A model generated the notes under the pieces. The model ran no database searches. It was not told the DNA's origin and saw only the letters and a list, made by a program, of their open reading frames with translations. A program made the position numbers and the translations under genes. Positions 11,159-21,701 of a DNA stretch of 64,000 bases are shown here, one piece after another. The DNA lies in assembly GCF_036588685.1 (NCBI RefSeq), contig NC_086374.1, forward strand, positions 46,190,001 through 46,254,000, read 5' to 3'. The first letter of the stretch is position 1; every line of letters begins with the position of its first letter. Source of the stretch: Mytilus trossulus (Eukaryota).

Positions 11159-12563
11159 TTAATCACAGAATCCATTTTTAGGCAGAAACATAACAAACAA
11201 ATAACTATTGTGGAAATAACGGCCACAGTTCACTTAGAATGACGAGGTCTGACATGATTACAGAATGCCGACATGCTAGTTTTAACTGACAAATCTGTGC
11301 ACCATTGGTAGCAATGGATGCTCAAGTTCCTCCAGGTTAAATTCTAAAGAGAACGAGGGTTATGATCCCCAAATACGTCGGGTCTTATTCGCATCACCCC
11401 CTGGTTTCAGGGGAGTAAAGATTAACATTTTTTATATTATAAAACACTGAATACATAGGCCATACTATGTATCATTAACAGTCAAGCTCGAACTGGTACC
11501 AATTCAGAACCGGCCACTCAGGGTAGACATGAGATGGTCTCAACAGAACTTCCTGCGGTACCGCAGGAAAGTAAAAACCTAATATGATCCGACGTACAAT
11601 TACGGGAAACGATCATAACCCCTTAATCTTGCCAGATCCCGACATCCTTTTTGACTGTGACGAATGATTTTATTACAAAACAATGAACAATTAGAATCGA
11701 GTAATTAAAATAAATGCTGCATGATTTTTATCCAAATAAAGTCAAAAGTTAAATGCATCTAGGCGAAGAACTAATACCAGGTATTGGTAATTCCATTTTC
11801 GCACTGAATGTGTCTAAATGTTTAGATAAAGGTGGTAGCCATTCATGAAAATTAGCATTGACATAATTATTATAGTTCTCGAGCGTATGGTTCAGCTAGC
11901 AAATCCATCGGCTTGATTGTCTCCTCTTTTTTGTCCAAAAAGTTATGAATCCGGCATGTTCTGGTCATTCTGAAAAGATAAATAAAACAGCAACAGACAC
12001 AAGAATTGTTATAAGATGGCAGATTGCAAGGGGAGGTGGGTGGGTTTTTGAAACTTTTGGTTTATCTTATAAAAGCGATAAACCGTATTAATCACAGAAT
12101 CCATTTTTAGGCAGAAACATAACAAACAAATAACTATTGTGGAAATAACGGCCACAGTTCACTTAGAATGACGAGGTCTGACATGATTACAGAATGCCGA
12201 CATGCTAGTTTTAACTGACAAATCTGTGCACCATTGGTAGCAATGGATGCTCAAGTTCCTCCAGGTTAAATTCTAAAGAGAACGAGGGTTATGATCCCCA
12301 AATACGTCGGGTCTTATTCGCATCACCCCCTGGTTTCAGGGGAGTAAAGATTAACATTTTTTATATTATAAAACACTGAATACATAGGCCATACTATGTA
12401 TCATTAACAGTCAATCTCGAACTGGTACCAATTCAGAACCGGCCACTCAGGGTAGACATGAGATGGTCTCAACAGAACTTCCTGCGGTACCGCAGGAAAG
12501 TAAAAACCTAATATGATCCGACGTACAATTACGGGAAACGATCATAACCCCTTAATCTTGCCA
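11159..12563 (+). repeat. Near-identical 476-bp direct duplication (11159-11634 and 12088-12563)
   Basis: The copies are offset by 929 bp. The only difference I noticed is G11486 versus T12415. Each copy contains an inverted-repeat-bounded segment (AGGGTTATGATC...GATCATAACCCCT) and the perfect palindrome TTCCTGCGGTACCGCAGGAA. Confidence 0.9.
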
Positions 12564-13423
12564 CTTGAGTGTGTCTATACACACTCACAAGAACCCCCCC
12601 CCCCCCCTTTTCCTACAACCTAAAGGTCCATTTAGGTGAACTAGCTAAGAAGGCATTATTCTTTGTTAATATGTTTGAATCTTAGACAATCATATTTTTC
12701 CTTTTGTAATAGCTTTGTTATAAAGGTGCTGTTTTTGAAGATATCACTTCTTTCGTTGTATTATCCATGTTATATATATATATATATATTTATCATCATA
12801 AAACGCATTAATTTATTTTATCAGTAATACATCCACTGATAAACCGATCATGAATAACAAATGGGTTTACTAAAAGAGTTATCTCGCCTTAACCGGCTTA
12901 GTTGAACAAAATGTATTCTGAAGCACATATATGTTTGGAACTTGTAAAATATTTCTAAGAGATATAATGCGATAAATCAGGAAGTTTCTTCATAAAAATA
13001 AACAGTACATGTATAATCAATAAAACTGAACATCTGTGTTAGTGTGTACACATTCGGAGATTTGGGTAATAACTAGACTGATTGGTCACTGCAAAAGTAC
13101 AATGCAAGATGGTGGTATGCCATGAATCTACTCAATTGCTTTGTTAATCTGTAATATGCACTAATAATTTAGTTTTCCATTTTCAATTTTATTGTCCTCT
13201 ACAAAGTTTACGAAAATACATTACCTGTATATATAATAAGTGCTATATCCTAGGCACTCCTTCAAAGTCGTGTACATTTGTATAGGCTAATCTATATATT
13301 AATTTAAACAAGTAACGTGACCAATATTTTAGAAACCAAGGGAGTAGAACGTACACAAAAAAAAAAAAAAAAAATCATATCAATCAATACATAGAAAGTA
13401 CCACATATCATGTACTAACATGA

Positions 13424-13683
13424 CTAAATTGGCAATCACATGCATTCCTAGTAGTACTTAAAATTCGGATACAACTAAGCAGTATGTGCCGCTTTTTTGG
13501 AAAGTTCAAACTTGAATAGTTTTACGTCGAATATATTTTGTGACCTAAAAGAACTAGGCGTTTCCTATACTAAATTGGCTACCCTATGCATTCCTAGTAG
13601 TACTTAAAAATTCGAATACATGTTTTCGGAAAGTTCTATCTTGAATAGTTTTGCGTCGAATATTTTTTGTGACCTAAAAGAAC
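13424..13683 (+). repeat. Imperfect tandem duplication of about 115-145 bp
   Basis: ACTAAATTGGC...ATGCATTCCTAGTAGTACTTAAAA...GTGACCTAAAAGAAC occurs at about 13424-13554 and about 13569-13683. Confidence 0.75.
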
Positions 13684-14599
13684 GAGGTGTTAAAGTAAAA
13701 TTCCATGGTATTACTTTAAGTAATGGATAGTTGATTTATTCCGACTAGAATTAAAAAGATTGTGTCCATCAGCTTCTAGATAAGAATGCTAACTGTTCCT
13801 TTTGATAGAATCAAGAGTATTTGAAATAAATTTAAAACTTCATCGAGTTTCCCATCTGGATAATATGCGTGTTCGTTTGTAAAAGTCCTTAACAGTAACT
13901 TATATACCGCATATTTGTTTTGTTTCTAAAAATAGATGTGGGGAAGCCTATAGTTCGTGCCGGCATGTAAAATAAATATGATAGTAAAATACAAACGTAT
14001 TAAAACATCAATGTTCACATATCTGAGTTAGATAAGACAATCAAAAATAATCTAAACAATACATGTACATGTATCATGTGGTATATATACAATAACGTTA
14101 TCGCACTTCAAAGTATAGAGGATGTTGTGTACCATGCTCTGTCTGCTGCTTCGTGAGTTATAAAGTAATTTGATAATTGTGTGAATAGTGCACATAATTC
14201 TCTTATTTGCTCTAAGTTGACTTGTTGGTAAACTTATTGTCCTGTCCATGAGCATAAGTAAGCTATTTGAAACCTGTACAGACTATTGCTTGTATAACTA
14301 TATTTGCTTGTATCACTATATGAATTATATTTACGCAAGTCAGAAAATTTAGGGTCGGGCTTGGTATGTAGGATTCAACAACGTAAACATGAGCTCTGCA
14401 AATCTCTCACAAGTTCAACTGACGTGATATTTCAAATCAAAATCATATATCAAATTTAATATAAGCATATTTACAACAGGAACACATGCATAAGGAAAAT
14501 AGCTAGGCAAACATGCAAAAATTAAAACAAGCAAGCTAACAAGAAAATAACGCAAATTGAAAAGTATAAATATATACATAACAAGCTCACTCGTGTAAA

Positions 14600-15050
14600 T
14601 AGAAGTGGTATGATTCAATTAGACAACTCTTCACAGTAGAACAAACGGCAAATAAAATAATAACAAAAAGTCATTTTACTGCCTTCAACACTGAGCAGAG
14701 ACCATGCCACATTAACTATAATTATTAGTAGTCACTTTTCTGCCTTCATTTTTGAGCAGAGCCCATGCCACATTAACTATAATTAGTCACTTATCTGCCT
14801 TCATTTATGAACAGGGCCCATACTGCATTAATATCAATAAGTCTGTGTACTGCCGTCAACAATGAGCAGAGCCCAAGTCGCATTAATAACATTTAGTAAC
14901 TTTTCTGCCTACAACAATGAGCAGTGTCCATACTGCATTAAACGAAGTCATTGTCCTGCATTCAACAATGAGCAGAGCCCATGATACTGCATTAAAGAGT
15001 AATTAAAAACCAAAAAGAAAGAATGTTAAACAAGTCAAACGAGAAAACAG
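14600..15050 (+). repeat. Copy of a common dispersed repeat with internal ~60-bp tandem expansion (about 6 units)
   Basis: The repeated unit is approximately GTCACTTTTCTGCCTTCAACAATGAGCAGAGCCCATGCCGCATTAA. A single-unit relative lies at about 50175-50430 (GTCACCGTACGGCCTTCAACAATGAGCAAAGTCCATACC). A related copy lies on the minus strand at about 58920-59185. Confidence 0.7.
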
Positions 15051-17699
15051 TAGGCATAATGTATGTACATTTTTTTTTTTATATAGTAATGCCGATTTAA
15101 GTGTATCAAACAGTTTAGGAAATATTTAAGACTGTACATGTTCAAAGGATTTCCACTTGTAAATATTTTAATCTAAGCCATCGACTCTGATGGATTTAAT
15201 CTAAAGCTATCGCGTCATCCGCCACAAAATTTGTCTTCTAACTCTCAAATAGTGTATTTCATCTATTACACGTCAGCTTAGCCATCTAACACATAGTGTA
15301 AAATTGTGTATAATAGTGGTAGAATCTATAAAGTAAATAAAGATGAGGAATTTGCACTTATTGCCCTCGTGTGTGTATCTTTTGTGTAATAACGCTATGT
15401 GCGTCTTCAAAACGACTGCATGGTTATATAATTTATGTACATTAAAGCAGACATGTAAAAAAGTCCACGAATTAAATATATGACATCAAATTATAATAAT
15501 AAATAATTCTTTCTGTAATCTTATCTTATCACCATCAGATTATCTCATTCCTAATGAGATAAATATCAATTAATTTAGAATAATTATACACCACAAAACA
15601 TCAACTTTTTTTTTTTTTTTTTTCTTTTTTATATATAAATTCAACATACCGAGGTTAAAGCTTGACGAAATCTGCAAACCGCTGGAACATGCAGGTAGTG
15701 AATTCTTTGGATCAGTGGTTTTCCTTCTTTTAAATCGTGTTTTCCTTACAAGTGCATCTTGTGCTGTGTGATATTCTAAACGGGGGCTCCTGGTGTGAAG
15801 ATTTTGTTCTGCCATTAAATTGATCACCGGTCAATGAGCCACTGACAAATTGGAAGCTGTCCCTGTCATTCGAGCATTGTATAACTTTTATGGCGAAGAT
15901 ACATTATTAAAATGTTCTAATAATCTCACAAACATTAACATGTCGAAAGAAGCTGGATGTGTTCCTCGTGTTGATGGCTCGGTTGGTGGCATCGGATGTG
16001 TGGTGAAAGTTCGGTTTACCTTTCAATATCGTCGTTTGCTGACCCTTGCAAATGAAAATCCTTTCTTGGAGAATTGTCTGGTCTCTACGATAGTTTCATT
16101 TCAAAATATTAGAACATGATATGCGGATGTCAAAGATTTTTTACGATTGCATTTTTTGAAACTTTTACATATCTACAAGATTGGCTAGTGCAATGTAATG
16201 CTGACGAGTCATGTGACGTTGATTGGCGGGAAACAAGAACCGGATCCGAATGAGGCAATAATCATTTCTCTTTAATTAAATTGGTTTATCTTATAAAAGC
16301 GATAAACCGTATTAATATTGTTGAAAGTTCATATATATACATGTATATATAGCTATTAAGTCGCTTGTACTGGTTTCCCCATACTTCTGGTCCACAAATC
16401 TGAAAATAAATAATATGATTAACAAGTGAAACTGCGAGCTACTGCTCACTGATGATACCCCTGCCGCAAGTGGATAATATTAATAGTGTAAAAATATGCA
16501 AGTGTTCGGTAAACTGGAAGTTGTCGAGTGATGAATCTGAAAACGCATCACACGTTATAGCTGACTTATATAATTTCAGAAATCCTTTATTGTAGTATTA
16601 TTATAGGATTATTGCATGCAGTGCTAGCATTGATTTCCTTAAAACAAGTTTATAAATGTAGTTATTGGTTAAAACAAATATAAATATGGCCAAAATCAAG
16701 TACACCTTTTAGGGTGCGCTTTACTTTAGTGACTTAGCACGAGGTGTTTTGGAATTTACAGGTTGTTTAGAACTTTTTGTAAAATATAAACACTAGCACA
16801 TCATAGAAAATCAAGTGAGTAATTTATGTTTCAAATTTTATAACAAAAATCTCTGTATTAAAGGCTGTGGATTTTCTATAAAAATCTTGATTTATTTGCC
16901 ACAAAGTCCTCTTTTTCAATTAAATGCAATTAAACAGTAAAAAATAATTCTTTGCATCAAGTTTTCCCTTTGAATATGTACACAATGGCCTATCTCTATT
17001 ATTCATTATATCTCGTAGTTTTGATACAATTGAAGTTTAAAAAGTTCGTACAAAAATGGCTACAGAAGGGTACATAAACCTTAACTATATACAAACAACA
17101 TTTTACATGTTCGATTTTGTACAACTTTGATAAATGCATTTAAATTCTAATTCGTAAACTCAAACGAACATAAAATATTTATCAAATAACCACAAACTCT
17201 TACATGGGAGACGCCGCGTGCAGAGACAAGTGCTCTCGAAACACAAAGAACGGGGGAAATAGCATTGGATATTTGTTTTAATTTCTTAATTTCGATGAAC
17301 AGATAACTGTGCTGGAAAGTCTTTTCTAACGTAACCATCCTTTCCTCTGTCCGATTTTAACCTGTTATGCTTCAGAAAAATCTTATCAGAAGTACAGGTG
17401 TTAGCTCTTGCTCTTGAATACGAAAGACGAATCATTTTGAAAACTTATGAACATTTGACTACTTGGTGAATTTTATTTTAGATTATATATTGATCAAGGT
17501 GTATGTCAGCATCTTAAATATGACTATTTAAAGAAATTTATTTAGTTAAATACTAAACCAATATACATGTCTGAAATTCAGCCTAATAGCTTCAGTAACA
17601 ATTCGCATTGTGTAAACTTTCGCCCTAGTGACTTAGATAATAATATGCTAAGTTACTTAAACAATTAAATAGTCTAGTAGCCACCTGCATAATGTCGTC

Positions 17700-20455
17700 A
17701 ATAATAACTGTTACATCTGTAAAACCAACATGTCCAGTGTTTTCCAACAACAAACAGTTCAGTGTCTTCAATAACAACATACCCAGTGTCTCCAACAACA
17801 ACCAGCCAAGTGCCTTTAATTTAACTTGCCCAGTGTTTTCAACGACAACAACCTCAGTGTCTTAAGGGCATACGACACAGTTACAGGGGAGGTAATGACG
17901 TTGCTAAGGTCAAATGTTATTTTCGCGACGTCAAACTATGACATATCGGGAAAAGATGCATGTTTCGACTGATTTTTATCATTCAAACTGATTTAATTTG
18001 AAAACGAGTTCATGGACCCCTATTTTTCAAACCAGCAATTTGTTTCATTTTGCGATTATGTGACCCAAATTTTAAAAAACTGTAAATAGAGGATTTTTTT
18101 AATTTTTGATAAACATGCAGCAAAAAATTACGTATTTTTCAACAATTGAAGAACATTTGATAAATATGAGTTATTTCTGAATAAAAAATGCATAATGTTT
18201 TATGATACTTATAAAATACAGAAATGACCAATTATTTAACAAAAAATAATTTGTGTTTATCCTTTATAACAAAAAAGTTATGTCTTTCTTTCGAAAAAGA
18301 AATTACGGCCACAAATCTGAATTTTGAGCAAATATACCAAATTTCGACCTCATTTTATTCAAAAAGTAGCACATTAAGGTACATTTTTTATTACATATTT
18401 GACTTAATTATGTAAAAAACAGCCTATATGCAAATTTTCACGAACTTGTAAATACAGGATCAAAACTGTATCGTATACCCTTAATAACATCTCCAGTGGC
18501 GTATACAAAAAACTGATCCAGTGTTTTTAACAACAACCAGTCCAATATCTTTAACAACCAGCAGAGAATTTCAACAACCAGCTCAGTGTTTTCAATAACA
18601 ACAAACCCATTGTCTTCAATAACTAAACAACCTGTCGAAAGTCTTCAACAACAATCAGCAGTGTATTCAATAACAACATACACAGTGTTTTCAACAACAA
18701 CCTCACTAGTCTTTTTAACATCAACATGCCCAGTGTCTTGAATAACTACCAGCCAAGAGTTTGTTATAACAACCTACCCAGTGTTTTCAACATCAACATG
18801 TCCAGTGTCTTGATTAACTATCAGTCAAGTGTTTGTAATGACAACCTGCCCAGTGGCTTCAACAACAACCAGCCAAGTCACTGCAAATGTCTTCAACATC
18901 TACCAAACCAATGTCATCAACACCAAGCCCAGTGTATTCAACATTTATCAACCCAATGTCCTCAACACCAAGCTCAGTGTCTTCAATATCTACCAACCCG
19001 ATGTCCTTAACACCAAGCCAACTGCCTACAACATCTACCAACCCAATGTCCTCAACACCAATCCTAGTGTCTTCAATATCTACCAACCGAATGTCCTCAA
19101 CATCAAGCCCAGTGTCGTCAACAACAACTACGTACCAAGAGTCTTCAATAACTACAAGTGCAGTATCTTCAATAAAAACATGTCCAGTTGGTGGTTAATT
19201 ACTTTCAGTCCATTAGCTTTAATTACAAATTGCTACAGTTTCTTCAATAACAACACGCCCGAGCTTCAACAACCTGCCTAGTGGCATAAACAAAGACCTG
19301 CCCATATATTGGAGTCAATAAGAACAAGGCAAGAGTTTTCACCAACAGACTGCCCACAGGCTTTAAAAACAACCTTTCAAGCGGCTTCAATACCAATCCG
19401 CCCAGTGGCGTCTATAACAACCTACCCAGTGGCCTGAATAACAACACACCCAGCTACGTCTACAACTTGTCCATCGGCATCAATAACAACCAGTCTAGTG
19501 GCTTCAACAATAACCAGCCAAGTGTTTTCAACAACAACTTGCCAAGTGGTTTTACAAACAACCAGCCCACTGTCTCCAATACCAACATGCCAAGTGGAGC
19601 CTATATTAACCTGTTCATTGACTTTACAAACAACCTACCCAATGGCTTCAATACCTAATTGCGAAGTGGCGTCAACAACAACCTGTCCATCGGCATCAAT
19701 AATAACCTGTCTGATGGCTTAGATAACTTGTAGCCCATGGCTTGAATAACAACATGCTCAGTGGCTTCAATGTCAACCTGCCCAGTGGCTTTAATAACAA
19801 CGCCCAGTGGCGTCAATAACAACACGCCCTGTCGCGTCAATAACAAACCAATAGGCGCCAATAACAACCTGTCCAGTGGCTTCAACAGCATCTTGCCCAG
19901 TGGCGTCAATAACAACCTGCCCAGTGGCGTCAATAACAACCTGTCAAGTGGCGTTTATAACATCACGTCAATAACAACAGTGGTGTCAATAACAATACGC
20001 CCAGTAATGTCAATAACAAGCCAAGAGGCGTCAAAAACAACCTGTCCCGTGGCTTCAACAGCATCTTGCCCAGTGGCTTTAACATCATCTTGCCCAGTTG
20101 CTTCAATGTCAACCTGCCCAGTGGCTTTAATAACAATGTGCCCAGTGGAGTCACCAACAACTTGCCCGGTGGCGTTAAATAACAACACGCCCAGTGGCGT
20201 CAATAATACGCCAAGAGGTGTCAATAACAAACTGCCCAGTGGCTTCAACAGCATATTGCCCAGTGGCTTCAATATCAACCTGCCAAGTGGCTTTGATAAC
20301 AACACGCCCAGTGGCGTCAATAACAACCTGCCCAGTGGCGTTTATAACATTACGCCCAGAGGTGTCAATGACAACACGCACAATGGTGTCGATAACAACC
20401 TGCAAAGTGGCGTCAATGACACGCCAACAGGCGTCCATAACAACTTGCCCAGTGA
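17700..20455 (+). repeat. AAC-rich degenerate minisatellite array (mainly ~24-bp units, with 45-bp units at about 18890-19110)
   Basis: The recurrent unit is approximately AACAACCTGCCCAGTGGCGTCAAT. It translates as LPSGVNNN or TKPSVFNIYQPNVLN repeats, but with stops, frame switches and a MITE inserted at 17866-18480. Confidence 0.85.
17866..18480. mobile_element. Non-autonomous DNA transposon with TTAA target-site duplication (Kolobok-type MITE)
   Basis: Structure is TTAA|GGGCATACGACACAGTT ... AACTGTATCGTATACCC|TTAA, giving ~17-bp TIRs and TTAA at 17862-17865 and 18481-18484. Purine termini fit Kolobok rather than piggyBac, whose termini begin CCC. Confidence 0.85.
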
Positions 20456-20794
20456 GTTAGTACTTATTAAAAATCTGATGTATACTGAACTGGATACCAC
20501 GGAAAAAGGTCTTAGAACTGAATGAATTTATTACCAAACGTGTTGTTTAACTACATGTAGGTAAAAAATGGTCCCCTTTTACAAATCCTTTCTCTGGAAT
20601 AGCTTCTGAAACATATTCAGCATTTTTATACAGTTCTTGGTTTTTTTTATATTCAAATGACATGTACTGAATTGTATCTAAATGTTCATTTTATATAATA
20701 AAATTTTATATTCAATATGATGAAAATCCATACATTATGTTAACAATACTTGTCACCTTGATCTTTAAAACGCTCTTGTTACTTGTTTTACTTG

Positions 20795-20975
20795 GTGCGT
20801 CAAAGTCCGTGTTACAGCGGACCCAATCTTCTTATCATCGGAAAACTAAGCAAGCTCGTCTGACAGGTATTTTTCAACTGTATCCCATCCTGCTGGTGAC
20901 TTATCAGCAACCGTAATAAACTTGTTCCGCTTAAGAAATTGTTCAAAGATTGTCGGCAACTTTGGTTAATATGTC
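20795..20975 (-). mobile_element. Relic of a DIRS/Ngaro-type (tyrosine-recombinase retrotransposon) gag-like ORF
   Basis: The minus strand reads FLKRNKFITVADKSPAGWDTVEKYLSDELA*FSDDKKIGSAVTRTL. This resembles the RNKLIxIADKSxAGWxTVxEYxSDELASDSxDEKRI motif I recall from ORF1 of invertebrate DIRS/Ngaro elements. There is an in-frame stop. Confidence 0.62.
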
Positions 20976-21119
20976 CCTATCTGTTATGTCAGTATCATAA
21001 TGTCATAGATGTGACTTTCTTCACGTTCATAACTTGCCGTATTACGAAAAGTACAAAGTGGAGAGAAACTTATAAAATGCTACTGTACACTTTGACTGCA
21101 ATGGCTCGAATGACTTTAA

Positions 21120-21701
21120 GGTTCATCATAAGGAATTGAAAAATATGGCCGTGTTTACACCTCAAAAATTACTATGAGTACAGACAAACTGGTACATCCA
21201 GGAAAGTTTTAAGGCATGGCAGGAACTAGATATATAAAAGTTATACGAAGTCTATGTTTCAGAAAATTAAAAACTTACCTGGATTTTCATGTCCAGTTTT
21301 TTTCAGTCTGCAGAAGATAGCAAAATAAACAAACACCTGAGTTTCATTTGATACGGTCCACTCAGTTACACAGTTTAAATCACCTATTGTTTACAGGTGT
21401 GTATTGTCCAACCATTGTCCATTTAAATCAATATAGCTACTCACAACATTGATTATATGAGGGGAGCTTCTCAATCGTTTTCACTACTTAGTTAATTTTT
21501 GCACCTTCTACAGGCACGAAAAAACTGGAAGACAAAATCTAGAAAAGTTTATAATTTTCTAAAACATAAAATGCATTTAAAATTTATATATCTAGTTCCT
21601 GCCATACCTTAAAACTGCTGCAGGTGCATAGGTTAGTCTGTACTTAGAGTAAAATTTGGGGTGTAAATACGGCCATTTTAGCCAAAAGGTTGTGATGAAC
21701 C
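21120..21701. mobile_element. TTAA-flanked MITE with long (~200 bp) imperfect TIRs (Kolobok-type)
   Basis: Structure is TTAA|GGTTCATCATAA ... TTGTGATGAACC|TTAA. Inverted homology extends inward, for example AGTTTTAAGGCATGGCAGGAACTAGATATA versus TATATCTAGTTCCTGCCATACCTTAAAACT. Confidence 0.85.

Noticed and set aside
11159-12563. LTR retrotransposon or TRIM
   Set aside because: The repeats do not start with TG, and I found no primer-binding site or short target-site duplication. It is retained as a duplication instead.
18726-20525. Many overlapping ORFs on both strands as real genes
   Set aside because: They arise from a stop-poor tandem repeat. The reading pattern switches frame within ORFs, and there is no signal peptide or supported splice structure.
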